NCBI GenBank assembly: GCA_030390025.1 | Contig: CM059433.1 | Span: 28,584,001-28,648,000 of the forward strand | From: Squalus acanthias | Lineage: Eukaryota | Length of the DNA: 64,000 nucleotides | Reading direction: 5' to 3' | Part shown: positions 50,561 through 63,088 of the stretch, in pieces | How the letters are laid out: each line of letters opens with the position of its first letter | Position numbering within the stretch: position 1 is the stretch's first letter | The notes under the pieces: generated by a model | The model's database searches: none | What the model saw: only the letters and a program-made list of their open reading frames with translations | Told to the model about the DNA's origin: nothing | Position numbers and translations under genes: made by a program

Positions 50561-51454
50561 CTACCCCATTTCCATCAACCCATCTCCATCACCCCATATT
50601 CATCACCCATCTGTCACTCCCTTGACTGCTGGAAGGCATGACAGCAAAGTTCTTGAAGAATGTTCTCCTCTTTACCCAGGAAAAGTGCAAAGTCCCTTTA
50701 AGCTGCTCATCATGCCTGCAGCTCACTTGCCTTACGCAAAAAAGCTCTTTTCAAGGAAGGAGCATGCCGGTCCTGCCACACCTTCCTCTTACCTGCCAAA
50801 CGAAAATCATCCCCCGAATTACCACATAATTACCGAGTAGCAATCAGAATCAGGACCCTTGCTGATTCTTCCTGTCCAACCCAGGAGCATTTAGACCAAT
50901 TGTAGTGCGATACATGTTGACTTGTAACACATGGAATGCCTGTTATCGTAATCTAAGTCAAGCCTTAAATGTGTTCTGTTGTATCTGACAACAATTCCTT
51001 CTGCAGTCTCAGCTCCACAGGTTCAAAAGGACCATAATGACTGCCATCGAGAAAATCTCCTTTGTGGAAATAAAGAATTAAATTCGCAAAGCCGAAAAAC
51101 ATCAAACCCCGACCTTGAACCATGACTTGGTGCTAAAATACTTTCTGCTTTGGGCTTTAAGTAGCACTAGGAATATAGTTCTTTATTTGCAATTTGTGGA
51201 TTATCCAAATGGAAACCACTCACTTTCTGGGAAGAGGAGAGGTGATTGGCATCAGACAGAACCTACTGAATGTAGAAGTACTTGTGTCTGCACTTGTAAT
51301 AGCCTGTATTTTACACAGATTTTTAAAGAATGCATTTAAATAGCTTATTACATGTTCCATAAACAGAATACTCGGTGGAATACAAATCTATTCCACCCAT
51401 GAGAAAGACTTTGATTGTTTATTTGCGACTTCACAATTCAGCTCATCCTCAGTT

Positions 51455-51685
51455 AGGGGAGTCCTCCCTTGCCAAAATTTACCCCTCAAGCAACACTATA
51501 CCAAAAACAGATTATCTGGTCATTATCGCAATGCTGTTTGAGGGGCCTTGTCTTGCGCAAATTGGCTGCCGTGTTTCCTACAATACAAGTGACTACACTT
51601 CAAAAGTACTTCAATGGTCATGAAGCGCTTTGGGACATCCTGAGGTCGTGAAAGATGCTATGTAAATGCAAGTTCTTTCTTTTAA
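51455..51685 (+). mobile_element. DeuSINE 3' half
   Basis: Core and tail. Confidence 0.8.
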
Positions 51686-51879
51686 TCATGGAGTAAATAG
51701 TTTAGTCCAGTCTCCTGTGGAGGGTTCCCACTATCTAGAGCTGTGTTATTCCCCTGTGATGGACTCAATTAAATTTCTGTAATTACATCAGAAATTAAGT
51801 TTCTCACTGAAAATGTTATCATGCACCAACTGAATTGAGTGACCCGACCACTGAAGTCACCTCGCCAGTCATCATACTC

Positions 51880-52230
51880 CAACATCCCAAAGCCTATAAA
51901 GTACTTTTGAAGTGTAGTCACTGTTGTAATGTAGGAAACGCAGCAGACAATTTGTACACAGCAAGCTCCCACAGACAGCAATGTGATAATGACCAGATAA
52001 TCTCTTTTAGTGATATTGGCTGAGGGATAGATATTGGCCAGGACACCAGTGTTGTGGGATCTTTTATGTCCACTTGAGAGGGCAGATGGAGCCTTGGTTT
52101 AATGTCTCATCCGAAAGACAGCACCTGGAGTGTCAGCCTACAATTTGTGCTCAAGTGTCTAGCGTGGGACTTGAACCCATGACCTTCTGACTCAGAGGCG
52201 AGAGTGCTACCAACTGAGCCATGGCTAGCA
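51880..52230 (-). mobile_element. DeuSINE
   Basis: Reverse-complement match. Confidence 0.82.
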
Positions 52231-53035
52231 CCTAATGACAGTTTTATTAATTAAAATGGACACAAGGGCCTAGAAATTCCCGACCTTAGCGCCACCCGTT
52301 AGCACTGCAATCATGGCGGAAAATGGCGGCCGCCACGCCAGCATCCTTCTCTGGCGCGGGACTCGGCGGCCACCATTTTGGTGAGGACCTTAGTGCTGCC
52401 AATAGCAGCACTGGCCCTGGAGATGCAAATAAAAAGAGCGTAACGCCTACTTAAAGTCATGCTCTGCGACCTTCGACCTCAACACTGAGTTTAGCGGTGG
52501 GTCCTAAGGTCAATCTGAAAAGCGAGCGTTCAGCAGACTGACAGAGATGCTGTCAGCACTTCTTAAAGGGACAGACATATCTTTCAGGTAATTTTGCATT
52601 TCAGCTTCTGGACTGGAGTTTTTTTTATTTTATTGAAGTAGTGGCTTGGCACAATACATGTTAAAAGTTTTTTAAGTGTGCAGGGAGTGCTGCAGAGGGA
52701 AGAGCCAAACGCAGAAGAGGAAGATGCAGAAGAGGAGAAAGTGGAAGGAAAGATGCAACCCAGACAGCTCCTTTCTGGCTGGGATATCCAGGATGGAATC
52801 ATCCACCTGCGGTACCAGTGACCACTAACCCAATTCCCCTTTCAACATTTGTCCCACACCTTACCTTCCATCTGTTACTGACCACAACGCTGAAATAAAA
52901 GCCACCACACAGCAAACTTTCCAATCCAACTTTATACATCAATCCATCCAATATGACATCAAGAAATCAACTCATCACCCTTATGCATTCTCTTAGTGAC
53001 TGTTTTGTGTGTGCCTTTGCCTATCCTACTGATGT

Positions 53036-53293
53036 GAGATGAGGAGGAATTTCTTCACCCAGAGAGTGGTGAACCTGTGGAATTCTCTACCACAGAAGAC
53101 AGTTGAGTCCAATTCATGAAATATATTCAAGAAGGAGTTAGATATATTTCTTAAGGCTAAGGGGATCAAGGGATATGGGGAGAAAGCAGGGACAGGGTAC
53201 TGAATTTGGATGATCAGCCATGATCGCATTGAATGGCGGAGCAGGCTCGAGGGGCCGAATGGCCTACTCCTGCTCCTATCTTCTATGTTTCTA
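53036..53293 (+). mobile_element. CR1 3' end inserted in the Harbinger element
   Basis: NFFTQRVVNLWNSLP; TSD TGATGT at 53030-53035 and 53294-53299. Confidence 0.88.
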
Positions 53294-53841
53294 TGATGTC
53301 ACGCAGTGCTACCCCAGTGGCTGCAGCATGGCTGGTGGAAGGCTGCTGACTTTCAGTGGGGTCACTGCAAATGGTCTTGCTGGTTGACCTTGAGAAGCTG
53401 GTGGCTGGGAGTGTGAAATCAAGTGACAGTGTTCCTTCTTCTTCTTCTTCTTCACTCTCCTCTCCCTCTTCTTGGGCAACCACTGGTGGGGCAGGCTGCA
53501 TTTCTTGGGTGTGTGAAATGAGGAAGGCACAAGGGTGGAGTTGTGGTGAGGGGAGGGCGGGAAAGCAAAAGGTGCATGCGAGAATGAGGATAATGTTTGA
53601 GGATACCAGCATCTTGTATCCTTTCAGCCCCGCCGCTGGCCAAGGGCTCAGCCATGCCCCTGCCAAGAATGGCCTGCACCATCGCCTCCAAGGGGGTGAG
53701 GTGAGGCTAGCAATGGGAGGTGTGCCTCGTGATTGGTACTGATTGTTGGTAGGTGAGTGGAGGGGGTGGTGGTGCATTGAGCAGTGTGTGAGGATAGTGG
53801 TGCAGTTGGCAGGGATGGCTTTTGAAGATGCATTCACTGAC

Positions 53842-54070
53842 CTTGACCAGTGGTCTGAGGTCATGAAGCTTCTTTGGGCACTGGAGCCAAGTTGTGGGGG
53901 TGACACTGCTGGCAGTGACAGCCTCGGTGATCTGGTCCCACATCGTTCTTTCTGGCGGGCCTCCTGGCCCCTGTGGGTAGAGGACTTCTCTTGCAGTGTT
54001 GACCCCCTGCACAAAGCTGGAATGCTGCATGCAAGACCCTGGGTGCCCCTTCCCTGGCTTGATGAGCCAT
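53842..54070 (-). pseudogene. Harbinger Myb/SANT exon 1 (frameshifted)
   Basis: MAHQAREGAPR...REVLYP..MWDQITEAV..WLQCPKKLHDLRPLVK; same AAG|GTCAGT donor as 43589. Confidence 0.75.
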
Positions 54071-55239
54071 TTGTGTTAGTGCTGAAGCACTTTTCCCATT
54101 TTTTTAGGTGCGGAAGGCAATTCAGCTTTAAGAGCTGAAGACTCCCATTTGGGAATTCTTTTTAATGTTAATTTTTTTCTGAAGACAGTTGAGCTATAAG
54201 GGCTAAAAACTGTCTATTTTTACATAATTTTTAATTTTTTTAATTTCAGAAGGCAGTTCCCCTTTAAGAGACTGAACTGCTTTCTGAAATGACAGCCTTG
54301 CTTTAAGAGAAGGCTGTTCTTGCTGCAATGACGCTACGGCCACGCTACATTGGGTCCTCCTGCTGGGAGGAATGCCATCAGAATGGCGTTGCACAGTGAG
54401 ATTAGCGCTGGGCTAATGTTAATTAGCCACCAGCACCAATTTACTGGTCCTGCCAGCACCATCATTTTCGGCAGCTGTTAACACTGCGGTGGCACTGGCA
54501 TGTTTTTACCAGTATTGAATTTCTAGGCCTATATCCTTTGGAGACAAATTGTTTTCTGCTCTTGTGCTTTACGCAGCTATCTCATTCCCTCAATCTTACA
54601 TCCAGCTGCGTAAGTAGGAATGGACATCATTTTGCAATCGCCTTTTGCTTCAGGGAATGAACTACCCGCAGTTCTGATGAAGGGTCCCACCCAAAGAAGT
54701 TAACCTCTCTGTCTTTCAGATATTGACTAACGTGTTGTGTTACTGTCAATTACATTTAATCTCGCAATGTCCGGTCACGGGACATTAAGAAACTATTTCA
54801 ATTAAAAATGACTTTGCTTTTCTACGGGGTAGTCTTTTGCCTTTACTGCTGAGGTGTTGATCCATCACTTGGCGGGGGTGGGGAGATGGTGGCGGGGGAA
54901 GCACAGAGAGGAGTATTGGGTGGGGATAACCTGTAACAGAGCCCACGTAATTTTCATTCTGTTCATTGAAATCGGGCGGGCATCCTCACGGTCATTCGAC
55001 TCCCCACGCCCGAGTCTCCTACCTGCGTTCTGCCCAGCCTGTGAAGGTATGTATCTACCCCAACGCATTTCTTTTTCTCTCGTGATTACTGACAGTAACT
55101 CCGAATAAATGTATATACTTACGACAAAGACAAGCGATCTGCCATCGCTCAGATCTACTCTGAAAAGAGCATTTTCACCTCCTCTGAGACTCCTATACAA
55201 AAGTGCGCTGCTCAGGCAGCAAGTCGCACAGCCCACACT

Positions 55240-55394
55240 GGGGGTAATTTTAACTTTGGGTGGTAGTGTTAAACAGGTGATATCAATTCAGTTGCCCATT
55301 ATACATCTCTCCCCATATTCATTTCTATTGCGGTCAATGCGGCTGAATCGATATCGCCCATTTTGCACTATTGCCCAAAGTCAGAATGACCCCC
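55240..55394. mobile_element. Hairpin MITE
   Basis: Ends GGGGGTAATTTTAACTTTGGG / CCCAAAGTCAGAATGACCCCC. Confidence 0.65.
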
Positions 55395-56157
55395 TTTTAG
55401 TGTAACAATTCGTAGGATTTGTCACAAGATGTCACTCTATGCCAAACCATTTGCTCTTCTTATGATTTTAAACACACATAAAGTGATTTTCCTGGTTTTT
55501 TAAGACTTCATCATTCTGTTTGTTGCTTCACATTGGAATGCTTAAAAATGCCACTCATCCAAGTGTCAGAATTTGTCTTTAAGTTCTGTGGTGACTCATA
55601 CTAAAGGTGCTTTCACTTAAAAACAGCTCGCTTTTAAAATATTAAACAAGGAACAACAGAAGCCTATGCAAAGAGGCTAAAATATACTCTCCCAATGCAT
55701 AATTGAGCATGTAGCACCCTGAAAACTCTTTATCTGCAAGTAATCTTTTTATGTTGGAACCTAATAAGATCAACCATGAGAAAAGGAGTTCTAAAGGCTA
55801 GTGTCATCTTCCAAATGCAATTATATAATTTTGCATGGATTGTACAACTCGCCCAGCAACCTGGACTGCTGCAGCTGAATTTCAAATTCAAATATTTTCT
55901 GTGTGATATTAAGGCACAGTGACAGCACATTATTCAGTGGTTCCCTCAAGCATAGAGCAGCCTTTGTTGCCCAGTACTTTTTTATTTCCAGGAACACTAC
56001 ATTCATTTTTCATCTTAACAACTCTGCGTCCACCACACATTTAGGTGACAGTAGTTTTTCATCAGCTAACCTTACTTGTGTAGGCTCCTGAAGAGCTACC
56101 TGTTCTTAATTAACTGCTGCTGTTCAATAACAGAAATTGTGAAAGATCGCAGTGGTT

Positions 56158-56430
56158 TTTCAACAACAACAAATTGCATTTACATAGTGCCATTAACATA
56201 GTAATACGTCCCAAGGCGCTTCACATGAGCGGTATCAAACAAAATCAGGGCAGGTGACCAAAAGCTTGGTAAAGAGGTGGGTTTTAAGGACCGTCTTAAA
56301 GGAGGAGAGAGAGGTAGAGAGGTGGAGAGGTTTAGGGAGGGAATTCCAGAGCTTAGGGTCTAGGCCACCAATGGTGGAGCGATGAAAATCGGGGATATGC
56401 CAGAGGCCAGAATTGGAGGAGCGCAGAGAT
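56158..56430 (-). mobile_element. L2 3' end
   Basis: (CAA)n tail; matches 31200-31510. Confidence 0.85.
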
Positions 56431-57144
56431 CATACTGTCATTCAGTAAACAAATAACAATAACTAGTCATTTAAAAAAAATCAGTATGTTACTGGTACAT
56501 TAGAAATATTGTTTTGTATGTATGCATTTTTCTCTCATCCCAAATGTATCAGCAATCACTAGAAGCAACAATTTTCATCTTGATTATCCAATTTTTCATT
56601 TAATCTTTATTCTCAGGACTTGAAAAACATTTAAATGGAATCTTTGCCTCTGAAAACTGTAACTTTTCAACCATTCCCATTATATTGTGACTTAACGGTA
56701 GACTATAAACTGGGAAGTTAGTTGGCATTAATTTCTTTTTTGCAATCTCTCACCAGGGGTTTTTTGCATTTTGATTATCTATTTTGTTTTCTGTTAGCCC
56801 TGTTCATTTTCTGACTTGATAACATATAGAAAGCAAATCCAAATCACCTGAGCATTTGATTTGAATCGGCTTCAGTCTTCGGTTTCACGCGCTATAAAGC
56901 TTGGCCACCCTTCCTGATTCTCAGAGTTAATTCCAGTGCAAAGTGTAAAGTTCCACTGCGGGAGTCTGGAGGATGTTGCGTCAATAGACTTGCAAGTGAT
57001 GTGGCAATGTTATTTCCAGTATGTCAAAACTGTGGAGTTCTTTATCTCCCTCCGTCTCTCGAGCCCCCCCCCCAAGGCTGGCAAGGGGTGAGCAATTAAT
57101 GCAGCCCTGCGAGTTCCGTCCCTTTCACAAGAGCAAATTAGGAT

Positions 57145-57545
57145 AGAGCAGAGAAGGTTAAGAGGAGATTCAATAGAGGTGTTCAAAATGATGAAGGGTT
57201 TTGACAGAGTAAATAAGGAGAATCTATTTCCACTGGCAGGAGGGTTGGTAACCTGAGGATACTCATTTAAGATTATTGGCAAAAAATCCAGGGGGGGAAA
57301 TGAGGAGAATTTTTTTTACGCAGCGAGTTGTTATAATCTGGAATGCGCTGTCTGAAAGGGTGGCGGAAGCAGATTCAATAATAACTTTCAAAGTTGGAAT
57401 TAGATAAATACCTGAAAAGGAGAAATTTGCAGGGCTGTGAAGAGTGGGGGGTGGGACTAATTGGATAGCTCTTTCAAAGAGACGGCATTGATGCGATGGG
57501 CCAAATGGCCTCCTTTGTGCCATATGATTTAATAATTCTATGAAT
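57145..57545 (+). mobile_element. CR1 3' fragment
   Basis: EQRRLRGDSIEVFKMMKGFDRV. Confidence 0.85.
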
Positions 57546-57689
57546 AAACAAATAAAATCAGCAATTTAAAAAAGAACACTGCAACCTATTGGAGTGGTAT
57601 GCTGCATTATTTTTAATTGGCTGGAATAGGAACATAAAGGTAGAGGGATCTAGTTTTAAAACCATTTAAAAATATATATATATTGAAAT

Positions 57690-59345
57690 TAGGTTAGCTA
57701 GGGAAAAAGTTGGGCCTATTAAGGACCCAAAGGGAAACCTTCATGTAGAGGCAGAGGGTGTGGCTAAAGTATTAAATGAGTACTTTGCATCTGTCTTCAC
57801 AAAGGAAGTGGATGATGTGAAGGTTACACTAAAAGAGGAGAGGGAAGTTAAGGACAGGATAGTAATAGATATTTGTCACAATCTTCCAATCCTCATTGGA
57901 TACAAGAGTAGTCCCGGAGGACTGGAGGGTTGCTAATATTATACCACTATTCAAGAAAGGGGAGAGGGATAAATCAGGAAACTACAGGCCAGTCAGCCTA
58001 ACATCGGTGGTGGGGAAGTTATTGGAAACCATTATCAGGGATAAAATAAACTTTCATTTGGAAAGGTATGGGTTAATAAAGAAGAGCCAGCATGGATTTG
58101 TTAAAGGCAAATCGTGCCTGACTAACTTGATTGAATTCTTTGAAGAGGTAACAGAGAAGGTTGATCATGGTAATGCAGTAGATGTTATATATATGGACTT
58201 TCGGAAGGCATTCGAAAAAGTGCCATACAGGAGGCTTGTTAAGAAGATGGAAGCCCATGGAATTAAGGGAAAAGTGGCAGTATGGATACGGAATTGGCTC
58301 AGTGACAGGAAGCAAAGTGTGGTGATTGTGGTGGATGTTTTTCAGACTGGGAGGTGGTTTGCAGTGGTATTCCCCAAGGGTCAGTTTTGGGTCCATTACT
58401 CTTTTTAATTTTTATAAATGACCTAGACTTGGGTGTAGGGAGCAGCATTATAAAGTTTGCAGATGATACGAAACTTGGCAACGTAGTAGATAGTGATGAT
58501 GATAGTTGTAGACTTCAGGATGACATAGACAGGATAGTGAAATGGGCAGAAGCATGGCAGATGGAGTTCAATGCAGAGAAGTGTGAAGTAATGTACTTTG
58601 GGAGGACTAATATGGAAAGACACTATACTATAAATGGCACGATTTTGAAAAGTGTAGGAGACCTTAGTGTCCTTATACACAAATCCTTAAAGATGGCAGG
58701 GCAAGTTGATAAGGTGGTTAAAAAAGCATATGGATTACTTGGGTTTATAAATAGAGCCATAGAATATAAAAGCAAAGAGATCATGCTAGAATTTTATAAA
58801 TCACTGGTTAGGCCTCAGCTGGAGTATTGTGGAAAATTCTGGGCACCACACTTCAGGAAAGATGTAAAGGCCTTAGAAAGGGTACAGAGGAGTTTTACCA
58901 GGATGTTACCAGGGATGAGGGACTTCAGTTATGAGGAGAGGTTGGAAAAGTTAGGACTGTTCTTCTTAGAACAGAGAAGGTAAAGAGGTGACCTAATAGA
59001 GGTTTTCAGGATGATGAGAGGTTTTGATAGAATAGAGAAAAACTGGCGAGTGGGTCAATAACCAGAGGTCATCGCTTTAAAATCATTGGCAAAAGATCTA
59101 GAGGGGAGATGAGGAGAAATTTTTTCACTCAGAGAGTTGTCGGGATCTGGAACGCTCTACCTGAAAAGGTAGTGGAGCTGATTCCATAAATAATTTTAAA
59201 AGATGGTTGGACATGTACCTGAGGATGAGGAATTTACAGGGTTACGGACATAAAGCAGGGGTGTGGGACTAGGCATGGATGCTCTTTCAAAGAGCCAGAA
59301 CAGGCATGACGGGCCGAATGGCCTCCTTCTGTGCTGTAAGTTTCT
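57690..59345 (+). mobile_element. Longest CR1 copy; RT domain with frameshift
   Basis: VPEDWRVANIIPLFKKG..NYRPVSLTSVVGK..SQHGF..DFRKAF; GIPQGSVLGPLLFLIFINDL; KFADDTKL. Confidence 0.93.
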
Positions 59346-59484
59346 ATATATCATTTCTATATATATCATTGGCTTTTCATGTGCTAGCTGCTGACAGATC
59401 AGCTTCAGTGACAGTAAGCCTATTGTGCCTGTCACTGCCTGGGAATGGTTATTAGATAGAATGCAGGTAGGGGCATGCAGTTCA

Positions 59485-60003
59485 GAATCATACAGCACAG
59501 AAGGAGGCCATTTGGCCCATTTTGTCTGTGCCGATTCTTTGAAAGAGCTATCCAATTAGTGTCACTCCCACAATTTCCCCATAGCCTTTCAATTTTCACC
59601 CCTTCAAGTATATATCTAGTTCCCTTTGGAAAGTTACTATTGAATCTGCTTCCACTACCTTTCAGGCAGTACGTTCCAGATCACAACAACTCGCTGCGTA
59701 ATTTTTTTTCTTATTTTACCAATTATCTTAAATCTGTGTCCTCCGGTTGCCGACCCTTCTGCCAGTGGAAACAGTTTCTCCTTAGTTACTCTATCAAAAT
59801 TCTTCATGATTTTGAACGCCTCTATCAAATTTCCCCTTAGCCTTCACTGCTCTAAGGAGAACAATCCCAGCTTCTCCAGTCTTTCCATGTAACTGAAGTC
59901 CCTCATCCCTGATACCATGCTAGTAAATCTCCTCTGCAACCTCTCCAAGGGCTGGACATCTTTCCTAAAGTGTGGTGCTCAGAATTGGACACAATACTCC
60001 AGC
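59485..60003 (-). mobile_element. CR1 3' fragment
   Basis: Reverse-complement CR1 ORF2 end; same 5' junction as 41555-42100. Confidence 0.88.
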
Positions 60004-60112
60004 ATTACCAGATCTTAAGATCTCTGTTCTAAAAGCTAGTGGAAGAGGCCACTTCAAGAGATTAGTTCTAAAATTTTATTGATTATAGGGCTCATAAAGT
60101 AAAAGGATGTAA

Positions 60113-60770
60113 AACTCCGTTCCCTAGCCACCGACTCCATCCCTCTCCCTATCAACTGTCTCAGGCTGAACAAGACTGTTCACAACCTTTGTGTCGTATT
60201 TGATCCCAGATGAGTTTCCAACCACACATCCGCGTCATCACTAAGACTGCCTATTTCCACCTCTGTAACATCGCCCGACTCCGCCCTTGCTGCTGAAACT
60301 CTCATCCATGTTACCTCTGGACTTGACTATTCCAACGCACTCCTGACCGGCCTCCCATCTTCCACCCTCCATAAACTTGAGCTCATCAAGCACCCTGCTG
60401 CCCGTATCCTAACTCGCACCATGTTCCATTCACCAATCATCCCTGTGCTCGCAATACCAGATCTTAAGATCTCTGGTCTAAAAGCTAATGGGAGAGGCGA
60501 CTTCAAGAGATTGGCTCCTGGGTAAGCAAAGCCTCAATTTTAAAATTCTCATTCTTGTTTTCAAATCCCTCCATGGCCTTGCCCCTCCCTATCTCTATAA
60601 TCTCCTTGAGATGTACCAACCCTCTTGAGATATCTGCAATCCTCCAATTCTGGCCTCTTGTGCATCCCCAATTTTAATCACTCCACCACTGTCGGCTGTG
60701 CCTCAGCTGCCGAGGCCCTAAGCTCTGGAATTCCCTCCCTAAACCTCTCCGCCTCTCTCCTTCTTTAAGA
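60113..60770 (+). mobile_element. L2 3' fragment
   Basis: VHNLCVVFD, LDYSNALL, KLELIK, FKILILVFKSLHGLAP, KLWNSLP. Confidence 0.85.
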
Positions 60771-60779
60771 GTTATCAAC

Positions 60780-61010
60780 ACTTCTTCACAGAAAGGGTAG
60801 TGGAATCCTAGAACTCTCTCCCCCAAAAAGCTGTTGAGGCTGGGGATCAATTGAAAATTTCAAAAGTAAGATCGGTAGATTTTTGTTAGGCAAGGTTATT
60901 AAGGGATATGGAACCAAGGCAGGTAGATGGAGTTAAGATACAGATCAGCCATGATCTAATTGAATGGCGGAACAGGATCGAGGGGCTGAAGGGCCTACTT
61001 CTATTCCTAT
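60780..61010 (+). mobile_element. CR1 3' tail
   Basis: Matches 20360-20590. Confidence 0.8.
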
Positions 61011-61609
61011 GCTGCTATTTTGACAAAATGTGCATGTTTACATACGTATGTTTTGACTCCTATCTTGAGAGAGGATTTGGGAAAGAAAACCTCTATAAGA
61101 ACCAATACACTTAATTAGCCATTGTGATGGGAATTTGTTTTAGGTGCATTGGTGAGATGGGGTGGTTGATTTTCATGTGACCCCTTCCATTGGGTGAGTG
61201 GTGGGCGGAGCGAGCACCCTCCCCCCCACTTGTTGATGCATTCGTGAGGTCTGAGCTAGCTCATGGTTGGGCCTCACCAAAATAAAATTGGCACGCTGCC
61301 ACCGCCAAAGGAGTGCTGATAGGCAACTTACCGATCGGGGAAAGGATGGGGAATCCCCACCCTCTGCGATTTAAAGGTGATGGCCAGGCAATCAGTTTTG
61401 GGGGGAGCATGGGGAAAGGTTCAGCAGCGGATCGGAAGACTTTTTGTGGAGGTGTAGGGAAGAGCATTTGTTGCTCTTCCTTCCAATCCCACTAAACTCT
61501 TAAGAACACTCACTTGCGCCAGTTTAGGAGCAGCCTTTTAAGGGAGGCTGGTTTGACCGCTTTACGTACATTCGCTGTGGGCGCCACGCGTTCACGGGTC
61601 AAAATTGCA

Positions 61610-62100
61610 TCAATGGGGGTCAAAGAGAAAATCCTTCAGGTGCTGGAGTCACACCCGACACCAAGGAAGATGACTGTGGCTGTCAGAGGCCAGTCATCGC
61701 AGTCTCAGGAGATCACTCCAGGAGTTCCTCAGGGAAGCGTCTTAATCCCAACTGCCTTCAACCACTTCCCTCCTTCCCAAGGTCAGGAGTGGACCTGTGG
61801 GCTGATGACTCCACGGTGTTGATCTCAGGTGCTGGAATTAATGAAGCAGCCCAAGTCAGCCTGCAGCAGGACATGAATAACAATCAGGCCTGGGGTGACA
61901 GGAGTTAGTTAACATTTATGTCACATAAGCGCCAGGGGTTGGCCACCTTGAACAAGAGAAGGCTCGGCCATTTCTCCTTGACCTTTAATGCCTCCACCAT
62001 TGCCGGGTCCTCCACCATCAACATCTTGCGGGGGGGATCATCGCTGACCAGAAGCTGAACTGGACCAGCCATATCAACACCGTGATTAAAACAGCAGGAA
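61610..62100 (+). mobile_element. Old copy of the 48630-type LINE RT
   Basis: GVPQGSVLIPT, WADD; matches 49560-49950. Confidence 0.7.
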
Positions 62101-62154
62101 CTGCTCACTTATTAGATCACTACAAATAAAATGGTTTTCTACGATGAGAATTAG

Positions 62155-62380
62155 ATAGAATTTACAGCACAGCAACAGGCCATTCGGCCCAACAGGTCCA
62201 AGCCAGTGTTCATGCTTCACACGAGCCTCCTCCCACCCCTCTTCATCTCACCCTATCAGCATAACCTTCTATTCCTTTCTCCCTCATGTGTTTATCTAGC
62301 TTCCCCTTAAATGCATCTATGCTATTCACCTCAACTACTCCCCGTGGTAGTAAGTTCCATATTCTCCCCACTCTCTGAGT
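62155..62380 (-). mobile_element. CR1 3' tail
   Basis: Reverse complement of 26970-27200. Confidence 0.82.
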
Positions 62381-62611
62381 ATGTATGTAGCTATAGGTTC
62401 AAAAGAAAAATACATACAGGATTATCAAATGGATGGATATGAGTGGATAATGCACAAGAAATACAATCACTGGTGCATTATGATCCTTGTCATGAGTACT
62501 GTATCCAATTTAAGCTAAATAGGTTTGCCATCTATAGATTAATACAGAGAACACATGCAGGATATGCATGGGTGTCCCACTAAATGCCCTACTTTCCCAA
62601 CAAGTAGACAT

Positions 62612-63088
62612 GAAAGAAAAGAAAGACTTGCATTTATATAGCGCCTTTCACGACCACCGGACGTCTCAAGGCGCTTTACAGCCAATGAAGTACTTTTTTT
62701 GAAGTGTAGTCACTGTTGTAATGTGGGAAACGCGGCAGCCAATTTGTGCACAGCAAGCTCCCATAAACAGCCATGTGATAATGACCAGATAATCTGTTTT
62801 TGTTATGTGGATTGAGGGATAAATATTGGCCAGGACACTCGGGGAGAACTCCCCTGCTCTTCTTCTAAATAGTGCCGTGGGATCTTTTACGTCCACCTGA
62901 GAGAGCAGACGGGGCCTCGGTTTAACGTCTCATCCGAAAGACGGCACCTCCGACAGTGCAGCACTCCCTCAGCATTGCACTGGAGTGTCAGCCTAGCTTT
63001 ATGTGCTCAAGTCCCTGGAGTGGACTTGAACCCACAACCTTCTGACTCAGAGGCAAGTGTGCTACTACACTGAGCCACAGCTGACACA
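62612..63088 (-). mobile_element. DeuSINE, full length
   Basis: Head through tail present. Confidence 0.9.

Larger units (their letters stand above)
52266..54530. mobile_element. Non-autonomous PIF/Harbinger element
   Basis: TIRs GGGCCTAGAAATTC / GAATTTCTAGGCCT; Myb relic on -; acidic ORF end at 52680-52820 on +. Confidence 0.82.

Noticed and set aside
51007..51126. Possible terminal exon SAPQVQKD...DLEP*
   Set aside because: Acceptor-like site only; no recognisable homology or linked exons
55821..56100. Minus frame with an in-frame TGA (possible selenocysteine readthrough)
   Set aside because: No recognisable protein and no SECIS evidence; expected by chance
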